Shown piece after piece: positions 33,864 through 47,104 of a stretch of 64,000 bases of DNA. Made by a program: the position numbers and the translations under genes. The first letter of the stretch is position 1; each line of letters starts with the position of its first letter. Origin of the DNA: Amoebophrya sp. A120 (lineage: Eukaryota > Protista > Dinoflagellata); the NCBI GenBank assembly GCA_905178155.1, contig CAJINV010000024.1, forward strand, positions 243,964 to 307,963. Direction: 5' to 3'. Below the pieces are notes generated by a model. It searched no databases. It was given only the letters and a program-made list of their open reading frames with translations, and had not been told where the DNA came from.

Positions 33864-36800
33864 ATGACGCTCCTTTTCCTGCCACCCCGCATCCGCAGCA
33901 GGAGCTGTTGTGCGCGGCGCGTTTTCAACATCTTCACCCTCCTGTTCATCTTCCGGCAGCTTCTTGTAACCCGTTCTGGCGGCGCAGAAGAACGACCCGC
34001 AGTGGCTGCGTCGTACGCAAAATTAGCTGCTGCTGCAAGCATTATCTTCCCAACAGCGGAAGGGAGTATTGTTCCTGCGGAGCAACGGCGTGGTGTCGCA
34101 GAAGGTGTTGATGCTCCTCCCCCACTGCACCCGTTCTCCGCCCACATCTGCATCAAAGGCCCGCATTGCCTGTTTCGGAACGTCTGTCTGGAACAAAATA
34201 AATCCACCGCGGTGCCGGCCGCCGGGGAAAGTGCAGGCCGTCCGGATGGTGCGCCAAACGACGCTGCTGCTCTCAAGCTGCTCTATTTTCGATCGCCGAA
34301 AGAACAGCTGACCCCGTGGGACCACTACAATCTGGAGCATCTGCAGCTCCAGCCGGGGACCTCCCTCTCGCAGCTGAATACCGAGGTCACCGGCTACGCA
34401 CGGGTGGATCACCAGAAAGGGATTGCGAGTGGAGTGGTCCAGGATAACCTGCCGGTTTATCAAACAGAAAAGATGTTGAACTGCAATACAGCAGCACTAT
34501 GTAACATACTAGCGGACGTTCGTTGTTTTTGTCATTCACCATACCGCTGTGCAGAACAGCAACAGCTACAGCACTACTTCCTGCCCGCTCGTCGCTCAAA
34601 AAAGAAATAGTTTGTTCGTTGTACAGCCATCGCGTGATCTATGCTGACTTGTTTCCAATTTTTTTCCCCCCCATACGGTCGTGGTGGTGCCACCCCCTGA
34701 TTCTACCTCCGACGACGGTCGCAGTTTCTTCGACAGAATCACCTCCCCAGGATATCCTGAGTAAAAACGTACCCACACCATAGTCAAGATGGGAAACCGG
34801 CTAGACAAATCCACAAGTTTTGGCTGTTTTGCATGACAAATTTGGATTCGTAGTGTAGTGCTGTTTGAGCTAGCTCAGCAGCATCACAGATCTAGCATAC
34901 CATGCTGATTGGAGCATGACAAATTGCAAAACACGACTAGAAAATGCTTCTCATGAGGCTCCGCATGAGAAACATTTTCAGCATGCAGATTTGCATTACA
35001 ACTCTGGTGTGGGTACGTTTTTACTCAGGATACAGGAGCTGCCCTCTTCACCCCCGGCACGGCGATTCTTCTTCGCCCCTTCAAAAACCTACTATCAAAT
35101 GCAAAAATGTCTAGGTCTGGGAGATTCTGAGACTTGTCATGCACGTTTTGCATGAGCCATGATGTCTGTGATGCATGCCGTAGCATCACAGACTTTTCGA
35201 CGGATTCTTGACGCCTATTTCGCATGACAAATGCCCTATCCGCGTAGCAAAAATTACATTCCCTTTGCTACTCATGCAATACAAATGTTTTTGGAATCCA
35301 AATGCAGCATCACAAGTTGCATTCTTCAAGACCCAGACAGTTTTGCATTTCATACCTACTCGAGCGGCACTACGGTAACCTCTTCCTCGACGAAGCGCTA
35401 TCGGTGTTCCGTATCTTGGACCAATGGGGCCTGCTGCCGAGGAGCCGTGACGCTGATATTAGCCGAGACAACCACGCGAAAATGACCGAGGAAGCGGAGC
35501 ATGCTGAGGCCGGCGCGGGACAAACCACTGCGGTCTTCGACCATGATGGTGAGGTTTTTCCCACATCGACACGTTCACCTCAACTGCAGCTTGATCGTCG
35601 GAAAGAGGAAAATCCGACCGCGAAGAACGACGTTTCTGTCCTGCTGGACGTGTCTGCGACGACGGAAGAGGAACTCAGCGTGCGGAAGCAGCTGTTTTTG
35701 CGACGCGAGGACAAGTATCCATCTCGCAAATATGTCTGGGTCTGGAACGTGGTAACTTGTCATGCAAAGTCTGAAACGTGCAAAAATCTGTATTGCATGA
35801 GCGGCAAACCTATGCACTGTTCTAAACGCGGTCATATTTGCAATGCATAAGAAGGCTCAACGTCGATCTAGTACTACTTCTACTTTTCTTCGGGTCCCGC
35901 TCGCGGAGTCTGTACGACTTACAGGGACTACTACCAGCGGTGGTCTGGGATTGCATATCAAATGCAAAAGTGTCTGGGTCTGGAAGAATGCAAGATTTGT
36001 CATGCATATTTCTCATGACGCATTTTAGTCTGTGATGTATGCCCTAGCATTACAGATTTTTAGAACCCTGCCTGATGCACCTTCCGCATGAGAAGTGCCC
36101 TGTCCGTGTAGCACACATTATACCCCTCTTGCTGGTCATGCAATACAAATTTTTTTAGAGTCCAAGAACAGCATGACAAGTTGCAAACTTCTGGACCCAG
36201 ACATTTTTGCAGTTGATATTGCACTCTTCTTCGCAACAAACAACCCCGCCCTCCGCCACCACGACCTACGAGTGCTTCGAGCGACTCGTGACCGGCTGGG
36301 AGGGCCTGGGGTTCTCGCGCGACGAGGAGGTCGACGAGTTATCGAAAGCAAACATGTCTGGGTCTGGAAAACTGCCAGGTTTGTGTTGCATATTCTCCAT
36401 CAGCCACGAAGCCTGTAATGCATGGCCTAGTATCACAGATTTTTAGAAGGCTTTGTGATGCTAATTCCGCATGAGAGATAAGCACCCAATCCACGTGCAA
36501 CAAACTGGCCTCGTCTTGCTGGTCATGCAACACAGATTTGTTTAGAATCCAGAGACAGCATCACAAGTTGGATCCTTCCAGACCCAGACATTTTTGCATT
36601 TGATACGAGTTTCTGCGCATCAAAAAGCGCGACGGCAGCGAGGAGTACTTGAACTCGCTGTTCAACTCGGACGACGGCAACGCCATGTGGTGGAGAGACG
36701 TGCTGGACTCGGCGCCGGACAAAGCGGCCCTCGCCGCCGCCTATGCAATGCAAAAGTGTCGTACTCGTAGCAAATGCATTTATGCATTACAAATCTCGTT

Positions 36801-39800
36801 CTATTTGAAAATCAGCATTACAAATTCAAATTGTAGCGCTGGGCTAATTTGTGATGCAATTTATACTAGTACGATACGGTTTTTGCAGTTCATATCGCCC
36901 CGCCGGCCGCGCCGTTTGAGTGGAAAAATCACGGGTTGCTAAACGAAAAGAAATATCAAATGCAAAAATGTCTGGGTCTGGGAGAATGCAACTTGTCATG
37001 CTGAAGCTGAATCATACAAAAATCTGTGTTGCATGATTACCAAAAGTCGTCCAGTTTTGACCAAGTCGGGAGGGGGTTTCTCATGCAGGATAGGCATGAG
37101 AGAGGTCGCGCAGAATCTTCCCTGCTAGGTCCTGCATTCCAGAACTCATGGGTCATGGAAAAGCTGCATGACAAATCGCTCACTCTTCCAGACCCAGACG
37201 TTTTTACATTTGATAAGAAAGCGACGTACTACTTCGGTGGCAAGGAGACGCGGGACAGGCTGGCGCTCGATCACAGTGCAGCCGAGAAAGTAGACCTGCC
37301 GCTGCCGCGTGGCAAAAACGCAGGACATTCAGAGGACGGGTACTTACAGTAGAGCTAGAAGACGCCTTCGTTCTGTTACAACTGCGGGATTGCATCGAGA
37401 ATGTGAATGCAATTTTTTTATCGTATTGTAAGTATCAATCCCTTCGCTTCGCTCCTCGATTGCACGAAGGTTGGATTATTTCAAGGTGAAAACTTTTTCC
37501 ACTACAAATACAATGCAGTCAGGATAAAAAGGATAGTGGGCTGCCACGACACCTGCCTAGCCCTAGCAGCGCAGCCACAACGAGGGTGGACGAAAATAAA
37601 ATCGCCAGCTACACCAACCGGCTTTTTTTCGACGACAACATGGATGTCGTGCTGCACGAAGTCCCCCGGGAGGTGCCGAAAGAGGCCGGCGTCATTTTCC
37701 CAGCCGACGGCGGACCACAAACAACGGCGACAGTTTTAGCGCGTGGCGGAAAACCCGCCACTGCGGTAGAGGAAAACGAAAACCGCTACTACACGACGAC
37801 ACGAAAGAACGAAAACAGCGATCATCCACCAGCAGCTGAATTCGAAGATAAAATCGCTGCGACGTGGTCAACTACTGCACGTTCCTCCGCCGAAGAAGCT
37901 ACAACTTTGCAGCCGATCATTCGACACCGCACTTCTCTTCGTGAAAATCTAGTGAACTACGCCCCGTTCCGGGTGGTGCAGCACGGTATGCATTGCAAAA
38001 ATACCGTACTCGTATTGCAGTCATGCATTACAAATTTTTTTCTGGACGTAAATCCGCATTACAAATTTTATCTGTCATGCGGAGGAAATTTGCAATGCAT
38101 TTATACGAGTGCGATACTTTTGCACAGGATACACGGGGGCAATAAGGTGCCAGACCTGCGGAAATTCCGCGACTTCGTCGTCGGACGGCGGGCGATATCA
38201 ACTGTAAAAATGTCTGGGTCTGGAAGATTCTGACACTTGTCATGCACGTTTTGCATGAGCCATGATGTCTGTAATGCACACCCTAGCAATACAGATTTTT
38301 AGAGGGCTTCTTGATGCGTATTCCGCATGACAAATGCCTTCTCAGCGTAGCAAGAATTGCATTTCCTTTGGTACTCATGCAATACAGACTTTTTTGGAAT
38401 CCAAATGCAGCATCACAAGTTGCATTCTTCCAGACCCAGACATTTTTACATTTGATAGGCGCGGCACGAAAAACCAGGAGACACTGCTACTGCTGCCGCA
38501 GTAGATGACGGCGCTTCTAGGACGATAGATCACGAACTTTCAACATCTCAACCGCGACGAACCCTACAAGTGCTGGTCTCTGTCGTCGGCGGCGAAAACC
38601 AGATCGGGTCGGTGACAAAATGGAGTGATAGTACCTACAACAGGTGGGGCGATGCAACGTCAAGTGGGGATCTAGTACCTCACCGTGCGAACGCGACGAC
38701 TTCATCTGCCCAAGAGGACTTCCGAGGATTCCTCGCGGAGGCTCTCCAGCTGGCACTGGAGGAGGAGCCAGGTGGTCCATCTGAAAAAAACGACGGAAAC
38801 TACTCGGCACGATCGCGCCGTCAAGAAAAATCGGAGTACAACGCGAGGTCTAGTACTTCCAGGACGGCTACGACAGCCCGGGAAGCCGCCAACAGTGCGA
38901 CCTCATTCCGCATCAGAGTCGTGGACTCTTGCGACTTCCTCGCGGAGGACAGAGGCACAGGGAGCGCAGGAGCCTCCGGGGCACAAAACGACGAAAATAT
39001 AGAACACAGGCCTACTGCCTCTATCGGACCGCTGTCGGAGGGTGCTACAACAGAGCGTATGATCGACTTCTCAGGCACAGAAGTACTATCGTCTTCGGAA
39101 TCTTCACATGCGACGGCGCAAAAGTCGTGGGAAAGCCAGTTCTCGTCTGGGACGGCAGAACAGCGGTTCTCGGGTTCTGTGGATGTGCTCGTCAACCTAG
39201 ACGCGGAATTCTCTTCCGAAGGAGCCTCCGCGCAGTGTGCGATACAACGGGAGTCGTCACCACTAGAGCCGGAAAGGAGTCGTGCCGCCGCTCTGACGGC
39301 CGCAGAGGTTCTGGCGCAACAGCTTCTGGTACCAAAGGTGCAGCGTATTTTCTTGTGGCTCGCCACGTCCCTCCCAGGCGAGGCCGGGGCTTTGTATGAA
39401 TATTGAATAAAGCGGCGTTTTTTATACCACGTATGCGGTACTATTTTTCGGTCCCCGGCCCCACGACTCTTTGCTCGATTAGAAGTCTTCTTGCAAGCTC
39501 GCAACCCTGTGAGTGCTTCGTGCAATTCCTGAATTCAAGCACTACTACCGTAGCAGTGCTTCACGCCGCAAAAAGCTGCAAAGCGGCTTGCCGAGCTGGT
39601 TCTTCTACCAGCAAAAAACATTTTTGTATTTTTCTATATGGCCTAGATATTTTTTATCGGAGGAACGTTGAGCACCCGCCACTGTGTATTTATTTACATT
39701 TGATACAAGCTGCTCAAAGACGGGGCCCTGGCTATCCTGCCCTACGTCAGTCTGGAGCCGCCGGAACAGGTGCGAGGAAGTCGACTGTTCCAACGGAACT

Positions 39801-41798
39801 ACAAAGGACCACCGCCCGCGACAGATGGGCACAGAGAGATGGATCACGCCAACTCCCTCCCACCACCAGGACCACCCGAAAATGCCGTGTTCTATGACTA
39901 CAGCGTCAATCGGGAGTCGGAGCATAAAATGCTGCCGCCACCGCTATGGCCTGCTCAACCGTTACAGTCTCAAATCGGTTACCATAGAATCTGGAATTGG
40001 TCTTGCATAATGAGCATGACAGACTCGCAGACCACTCCACTTTCTGCAACACAAATTTCGGCAGATTGTAGTGCGGTTTGGGGCTCCGGGACTTGTCATG
40101 CGCAGTCCTATGCGACTTGGCTAGATTATGCACTTCTTGCATCACAGATTTCCAAATTCTATTGTAACGCTTGGGATTGCAACGTTTGAGCAGGTCATAA
40201 CCGCAAGGAAAGTCGTTCGTGGTGGCGAACTGGCTCGCGCACAAAGGCCGCCTGCGTATTATGGATTGCAAAATTGTCGGGGTCTGGAAGAGTACGAGGT
40301 TTGTCATGCATATTTCTCATGACTCATGATTCCTGTAATGCATGACCTAGCATCACAGATTTTTAGAAGGCTTCCTGATGCCTATTCCGCATGACAAATG
40401 CGCTCCCCGCGTAGCACAAACGGGACGCCTCTTGCCGGTCATGCAATACAAATCTTTTTAGAATCCAAACACAGCATCACAAGTTGCGACCTTCCAGAGA
40501 CCCAGACATATTTGCATTTTATACGTATCGTGCAGCTGCCACTGTATCTAGCGGCGTCGGGTGGAAATTATGGATTGTAAAAATGTCTGGGTCTGGAAGA
40601 ATGCGAGATTTGTCATGCATATTTCGGATCACGCAAATGGCGTCTGATGCAGGCAAAAGCATCACAGGTTTTGATCACGCCTCATGATGCCTGTCCCGCA
40701 TGAGAAACTTCCTACTTGCGTGCCAACAAATGGACAGCTTTTGGCGCTCATGCAACACAAATTTTTGTGTGTTCCAGAGTTTGCATCACAAGTTCCAACC
40801 CTTCCATACCCAGACATTTTTACATTTGATAGAAATGCGCCGACGAGGACAGCGAGTGGACCGCGGGACAACGACAAACGCAAAGCGAGGCAAAGTCCTC
40901 CTTCCCGCGAAAAGAACGAGGAAATAATGCGTGGCGTAACAACTACTGGAACCTCGTCTACGCAGACGAAGCCACGAGCGGTACAACTACCCGATCATCA
41001 CGCAGCACCGTCAGAACAACTCCTCCCGTGGTCAGAGGAGTCTGGAGAGGGGGCCAGTAACGAACTGCGCCTCGCCTACACGACCGAGTTCTCCGCGCAC
41101 GAGCAGCTGCTGAATGCACGCGGGTTGCTGCAAAAAATGCAAGTCGAGGACCAATCGGCGGTCGCGCAGGAACTACACCACGACGAGCAGGGAGTCATAC
41201 TAGAGCCTGCTAGTACATCAAAAGCAGATGTGGACCGCCACGAAGATGCCACACCGCGGGCAGCCGAAAGGAAACGTGCCCTAGAAGTAGAGCATCAAGA
41301 AATACCGCTGGTGCATTGCCCACGAGATCTTCATGCTGGCAAGAAAAACGTCGGAGCGGAATGCGCTGCGTCGATCTGGGCGCGGCAATATCAACTGCAA
41401 AAATGTCTGGGTCTGGAAGAGCGTAAACTTGTCATGTAGGTTTTCCATGACCCATGGCCATGAGGTCTGGAATGCGGGACCTAGCATGACAGACTCTGTG
41501 AGGTCTCAGTCATGCCTATCCTGAATGAGAAACTGCCACCCGACTTGGTCGAAAGTGGACAGTTTTTGGCGCTCATGCAACACAGATTTTTGCATGACTC
41601 GGATTCAGCATGACAAGTTGCGACCGTCCAGGCCCAGACACTTTTGCAATCCATAGGCAAGGCTGCGTCACGAGACCGCAAGACTACACCAGGTATTACG
41701 CATCATTATATGTAGATGTTTTTATTTTCCTGGCCTTACTTTGTTGCAATTCAGTGCCGAACTTTACCCCCAACGGTATGATAAGCGCGCAGGTGTGA
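33864..41798 (+). CDS. Glycosyltransferase family 61-like type II membrane protein (gene A), split by at least 14 TAT..ATA introns
   Basis: Hand-spliced exons 33864-34457, 34681-34752, 35038-35092, 35360-35715, 35855-35955, 36224-36339, 36611-36741, 36900-36953 and 37221-about 37349 are all in frame. These are followed by about 37586-37986, 38137-38195, 38463-about 39345, about 39711-39944, 40205-40259, 40529-40568, 40837-41388 and 41661 onward. Motifs: CLFRNVC, HYGNLFLDEALSVFRIL, CFERLVTG, LRKFRDFV, GALAILPY; N-terminal hydrophobic anchor. Junctions near 37350-37580 (stop at 37350) and 39345-39705 and the 3' end are unresolved. Confidence 0.72.
34458..34675. mobile_element. Degenerate introner-derived intron
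   Basis: TATCAAAC...CCATA, DR CGGTT/CGGTC; removal joins DNLPV to VVVPPPD in frame; inverted repeat largely eroded. Confidence 0.75.
34753..35032. mobile_element. Introner, family C
   Basis: TATCCTGAGTAAAAACGTACCCACACCA...TGGTGTGGGTACGTTTTTACTCAGGATA (perfect 28-bp TIR), DR CAGGA. Confidence 0.95.
35093..35354. mobile_element. Introner, family A
   Basis: DR CCTAC; join gives PFKNLLERHYGN. Confidence 0.93.
35716..35849. mobile_element. Introner, family A, internally deleted (134 bp)
   Basis: TATCC...TGCATA, DR ACAAG/AGAAG; join gives REDKAQRR. Confidence 0.8.
35956..36218. mobile_element. Introner, family A
   Basis: DR TTGCA; join gives GLGLHSSSQQ. Confidence 0.93.
36340..36605. mobile_element. 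Introner, family A
   Basis: DR CGAGT; join gives EVDEFLRIK. Confidence 0.93.
36742..36894. mobile_element. Introner, family B
   Basis: TATGCAATGCAAAAGTGTCGTACTCGTA...TACTAGTACGATACGGTTTTTGCAGTTCATA; DR CCGCC/TCGCC; empty paralog at about 23465-23480. Confidence 0.9.
36954..37215. mobile_element. Introner, family A (opposite orientation to 35093)
   Basis: DR AGAAA; join gives NEKKATYYFGG; empty paralog at about 23520-23540. Confidence 0.93.
37987..38131. mobile_element. Introner, family B
   Basis: DR CACGG; join gives VQHGGNKVPDLRKFRDF; empty paralog at about 25860-25884. Confidence 0.92.
38196..38457. mobile_element. Introner, family A
   Basis: DR GGCGA/GGCGC; join gives GRRARHEKPG, in frame with ORF 38570. 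Confidence 0.92.
39945..40199. mobile_element. Introner, family G
   Basis: TATGGCCTGCTCAACCGTTAC...GCAACGTTTGAGCAGGTCATA; DR ACCGC; join gives MLPPPQGKSF. Confidence 0.88.
40260..40523. mobile_element. Introner, family A
   Basis: DR CGTAT; join gives GRLRIVQLP. Confidence 0.92.
40569..40831. mobile_element. Introner, family A
   Basis: DR GAAAT; join gives SGGNAPTR. Confidence 0.92.
41389..41655. mobile_element. Introner, family A
   Basis: DR GGCAA; join gives WARQGCVTR. Confidence 0.92.
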
Positions 41799-43096
41799 TA
41801 AGGATGGAATTGAGTAGCGGGCCGATTCTGAAGACAGTGAGGACTTTTAGCTAGAATTTACCGGCGCAAGAGTACCATGCGTGATAAGCTTATGCTGCAC
41901 GGCATGGCTTCACATGTAGTTTTTCTGGTACCGCTGATGACAGGATCAGGTTCAGTCTAGGAAAACACAAGCGAACAGCTGATGTTTGTGTATTCATGGC
42001 CCCGCGCCGCTCGCGGGCTGGACGGTTGAGCTGATGCACGCGCGGTGGCAACAACAGCTAGGTCTCTGTGATGGCTTAAGGCTGCTTGTGTACAGTATAC
42101 AAAAGATGAGCTGCGTTTTTGTATCTATACTACACAAAAGCTCAGTTTTGAAGTAGGACGTGGAGGGGCCTTGCTTGGGCGGCTCACCACCGCCTGTGCT
42201 GGTTCCCATTTGTGCAGCTTTGTTTTATTGCGGAATTTCCACTTCTTCCTTTTCCTTGTTGCACGCATCTGTAGTCCTCTGTTGCATGTCCGAAAGCGAA
42301 CGCGCAAGAACAGTGCGGCTCCTTCATGCTTGCAGGCAGAGCCAGGCTTCCGGTGCAGGTGCAGCTTCCACAGCATGAAGGCTGGAAAGAAGTCTGCCGG
42401 GTGGAATTTCAGTTCGCTTGGCGCGCTTTGTATCACAGTAATACGGCCCGGTCTCGTGAGCTCTTAGGACTGCTGTGTTTGAAGACAGTATGGTAAGCAT
42501 TCACGACTTTTGCTTAAGTATCTAGATTCGTTTCCGTGTAGTTCGACAGGATTCTCGTATGCATAATTCACGACTTCTGCTTTTCGGGCTTCCGTGTTTG
42601 AGAGGATTGCTCCGGGCTTTCATGACATTTACTTGTCTAGTACCTTTTCGGTTGTGACGTACCAACGCAAACTGGTGAAATTCGGTTCTACCATGTTTGT
42701 GTTTTTTCTAAAGTACTTGCTTGCTTTCAGTTGCAACTGAAATCCGTCGTTACCTAGGGGCGGTTTCGCCCGCTTCACAACGGGAACGCAGTTGAGGGTG
42801 CTTCGGCGGCCGAAGGTTTTTTGACATCGACATAAATGACTGTCGGTAGGTTTTTGTTGCTTGCACAGGCTTAGGTCTTCATTGGCTACCTCGAGCGCGC
42901 GCAGTTTTTCAAGTAGAAAAAGTAGGTTAGAAGCAGCCGGGGTGCAAGTAGAGGACAACAGCTAGAATTCGAGCGGGCTGAGTGCTTGCGCACTTCTAGG
43001 GTGTAACACCGGTAATATCAACCGTGCCCATGCTAGCGGGGCATAGACGAACGTGACGGGGAGCTGCGCAGTCGGATTTTGCAACCCCCCCTCTAG

Positions 43097-43243
43097 CTGC
43101 ACGATGGGGTCCTCAAACGTGGGGCGGCGTGAATTTTTTTTTTCCATGTAAAAAACAAGTCTGAAGTCCTGGCAAATTTGCAAAAATGACCGGAAAATAG
43201 GTTTCCGGCTTGGCTGCCCGTGGCTGCCTAAAGACCTAAACCC
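43097..43243 (+). repeat. About 145-bp dispersed repeat ending CCTAAAGACCTAAACCC, copy 2
   Basis: Matches 22728-22873. Confidence 0.85.
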
Positions 43244-43301
43244 ATTACACTACAGGCTGGCCTCGAACAGAAAGATAGTGGACTGGTTTCGCGAACAAAC
43301 A

Positions 43302-43629
43302 TATCAAGTTGAAAAATCCCCCCTCCCCCTATCAAAACGAAGGCTCTGATGCTGGATTTGCGTGCACAAATCAAATTTCTATAGCTGGAGAGCACTACAG
43401 GGCAAATATCAAGCCAGAGCAGAGAGGTTTTGGGTTAGGCACTTAGCATGAGAAACGTCTGTGCTCTAGCTCTAGGCCCAACAGCATCACAAACCGCCTG
43501 CATGGTGCGCCGGTGCCTGTGGGGTTGCCTGCTTGCAACATAGGCGGAATTTGTGGTCGCGAATCAGCAACACAAACTTTCGGAGACGTACCTTGTCAAT
43601 ATGGGGAGGGGGGATTTTTCCTCGCAAAA
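43302..43629. mobile_element. Introner, family D, eroded right end
   Basis: TATCAAGTTGAAAAATCCCCCCTCCCC...GGGGAGGGGGGATTTTTCCTCGCAAAA; DR AAACA/AAACC. Confidence 0.75.
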
Positions 43630-43652
43630 AAACCGCAGACCAACTAATGGAC

Positions 43653-43960
43653 TATGAGTCGAAATGTGTCTAAGTCTGGACTTGCCATTCGAAAGTTCAA
43701 GGACAAGAAGATAAGTAGAATCTGTGATGCGTGTATACAACGCGTGGCGGCCATTTTTATTTTTGTCGTCTTCGACGAGCACGAGGCCCGTTTCAGTTTG
43801 TCATGCGCTTACTTTACGAAAGATGCCGCAATAAGCCTCGCAAAACTTCTTCTTATGTATGCTCCTGTGCCGTCGTCCCGTACAAGCGGGGTAAGTACTC
43901 CACCGCGACGCAAGTATCAGCAATACAAATTTCTCGAGCCAGACATATTTGTATTTGATA
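43653..43960. mobile_element. Old family-A-like introner
   Basis: TATGAGTCGAAATGTGTCTAAGTCTGGA...CCAGACATATTTGTATTTGATA; DR TGGAC/TCGAT. With the preceding element also removed, the frame reads KIVDWFREQTADQLMDMVFRNLCPHF (an orphan gene fragment). Confidence 0.7.
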
Positions 43961-46519
43961 TCGATATGGTTTTCCGCAATTTGTGCCCGCACTTCTTTCC
44001 GGCTTTGGTTCGTTTCTTTAAAAGGTACGAAAACTCGCCTTTCTGTGTATATTAAATCTGCTATCGTGCAGTAGTAGCTCTCGCCCCCACAGAGTAAGAT
44101 TACTGATGGTGCATGTGCACTGTCGCGCCGTACGATCAATGTGCGAGAGTGGCAATTAGAGCTAGATTATGAATAGATATGAGCTCCTCGAGCAACAGTT
44201 CTTATCAAAAACCGGAACCAATCGTGCCAAAGCGGCTGGAAAATGCTGGTGCGGTTTCTCATAGTATAATCTAAGACGCGGCGTTACGATCCGCAGTACA
44301 GACATACCTTCAAAGCTGAGCAGCAGAGCAAGGCCTGGCCTCGTAGCAAGCCTTAGGCGGAGTGCTGGCTTCATGTAGATATCGCGCTGAGGCTGATAAG
44401 CTGCAGTTTTGGCTGCATGTTTTTAATTGGCACATTCACAGGCGCAGCCATAGCCTGATACTCGAAAGCCATGTTTTAGAAGGCAGGCAGCCCTATTAGC
44501 TGCGTTTGTACTAATAACATGATATCAGTTGTTTAATACTCACTTGCTGCTCGGCTCTGATTGTGTGTTGATTCATTCCAATATGCTGTATGGGGAACGC
44601 GAAAACAAGCGAAGTTCCGCATCGGATGCTATGCGGACGAGGATTAGTATCAAACCAAAATTCACGCAAGACGTAATCAGTCTTTTTCAAAAAGCGTGTA
44701 GCTTCCACGCTGCGAGCCAGAGTAAAACATATAATCAAAAGCGTAGAGTACAGAACTTTAGCTCCGATGGTACGATGTGCGGCACCAGAAGCAATTTGTC
44801 ATGCACAAATCAGAATGATTTACGTCTCTGCGGCGTTTCGTTCACATCTATACTCCCCGCAGCTTCAATACATTTGATCACCTGGACGTATGAAGTGTAA
44901 TACAGAAGTCGCCTTTGTAGTTTTCGATGTCAGTTGCAATCTCACCGCCCGTATACAAATTATTTCAATTGGTAAGCCCGAGCACCCGCTCATGGTCAGG
45001 CCCAGTGCTGTCTACAAGCTACAGTATTGCACTCCTTGGTCGTAATTGCATGTAGTATCGCCTCCCTAGCCCAGTCCTGTCGTACCGCGCTAGTAGTATC
45101 GAAAATATTAAAGGCTGATATTTTTAGGTACTGCTTTATGCAAATCTGTACAGTGAAAGAACAACAAAAAATCTTCGCTATACTGCTACAACTCCATTTC
45201 ACTATACTCTACACATCTTCTTTTCCATAGTATCGAATACTGCGTGTGATCCTGCGTTTTCCATAATTGATCCTGCGTGTGATCCTGCGTTTGTTTGAGA
45301 ACGGATACTACCCCTTTCCAAATCAAAACATTTTAGGACCCGGGGGGACAGGAAGAGCCCCCCGGTAGCGCTAGTCTCACATGGGTGCACACATAAGGAC
45401 GTTGACGAAGAAACACACACACACACGGCGGTCAAAAAACACAAACAATATGCGTCCAGCACAAACTGCCCTGACTCGCTCACCGGATGGATGCGCCGCC
45501 GAGGTCCGTCGCTGCAGTAGCTTAAATAATAATAGCTATAATAGAAAGAAAAATATAGAAATAGTAGCGGCAAAGCTATCTGTAGCGCTTTCCTGGTAGA
45601 ACAGCCGCGCCACGCCGCTGAGCGGGAGACGGCCTGTCCAGTGAGTGAGTGCCCCGTCAACTGCTCGCCGGGGCGCTGCGTGGAAGAGCAGCGTCGCCGC
45701 ATGTCGAGCCGGGGAACTAGTTTGCTTTCGATTGCCTTTTTATTTTTTTTTTTTTAAGTTCCCCGTCATCTCAATTCCCCCTTAACTTGCCGCCTTACTC
45801 TTCACGGACATGGGGGATGACATCAGCGCGTAGAACGGTTTGAATCAGACTCGGGCTACAAGGCCACAGGTAAACTATCCCAGTGTCTTCCGGCCGGCCT
45901 TGACGCAATCTGACTACTAAAAACCTCGCGGTAGCTGGGGGGCGTTCTAGTCTTCGGTCTAGTTCGTCGCCCTCTACCAGGCCTGTACTACCTGAAAGCA
46001 GAACTTCGGCTAGGGCAACAAGATCACATCAAGCAGCATCCGCGAGCAGCATCCGACCCGAGAGTAGTCAGCCGGGCCATTTCTGAAGGCGCTGCGAGGT
46101 GGGCGGAGAGGCATCACGCTAGCAGTTGGACGGGAGCAAGGCCAGCGTTCTTCTGTGTGATGTTCGTCGTATACTGTCCTGCCTAGTTCAACTATGTAGG
46201 TTATCTCTCTCTCTCTCTTGGTCGTAATTGCATGATGCTGAAATTGTTTGACATAATAGTGGCCCCGCGCAGGAACGTCCTGTGCCTGCAGGTGCAGGAG
46301 CACACTGAAAATTTGTATTTCTTCCAGGCCACACGACCAGACCACGAAGCTTTTTCGTATATATGGATTCTCCAACATCGGTCGTTTTGGTGGAGTTGCT
46401 CTGACAGTGAAGTTTTTGGTCGTTCTAAAAATTACATTTTCATATTCCCTGTCCGATGAGATATCGACCTTCAGCGAGCCAGCCAGTCAAGCACCGGACG
46501 CGGCGCCGTATCGAAGAAG

Positions 46520-46850
46520 AATTGTAGTTCCCCCCTGCTCCCAGAAAGAGCAGAAGGCCGCTTTTGTATTGCGAGCACCATTCTCATGGGCATCCCCCCT
46601 GTAGTTCCCCCCTGTATCCCAGAAAGGGCGGCCGTTTTTGTATTGCGAACACCATTCTCATGGGCATCCCCCCTGTAGTTCCCCCCTGTACCCCAGAAAG
46701 GGAAGGCCGTTTTTGTATTGCGTGCACCATTTTCATGGGCATCCCCCCTGTATTGCGAACAAGAACTGCAGGCCCCCTCTGCTCCCAGAAAAAGAAGTCC
46801 ATTTTTGTATTGCGAGCACCATTCTCATGGGAACAAACATGAGCATCCCC
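46520..46850. repeat. About 73-75-bp tandem repeat, about 4 copies
   Basis: TTTTGTATTGCG..CACCATTCTCATGGG-like motif at about 46562, 46636, 46711 and 46803. Confidence 0.88.
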
Positions 46851-47104
46851 CTCTTGCCCAAGAAGTAGGCAAGCAACATAAATGCTTCAGGTGGAAAAGA
46901 TTCGCCGCGAAGTATATCTCTGCTGGAAAAAAAGGCCGAGCACGAGAGCCCACTGCAATGCTTGCCATGTAAAGAAGGCGAAGGTGCAGCAACCTACGCC
47001 GAAGCTCTGGACACGTCGCCCTTTCGTGTAAGAAGACAAGAGCTTTTACATTTAGAAAGTAGGCATGAGAATTAGAGACTTTCCCCAGTTATGATAGATA
47101 CCGG

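Noticed and set aside
35093-41655. Recurring GTCTGGGTCTGGAA motifs as a CRISPR-like array
   Set aside because: They come in inverted pairs about 260 bp apart with 5-bp duplications, so they are TIRs; there are no regular spacers or cas genes.
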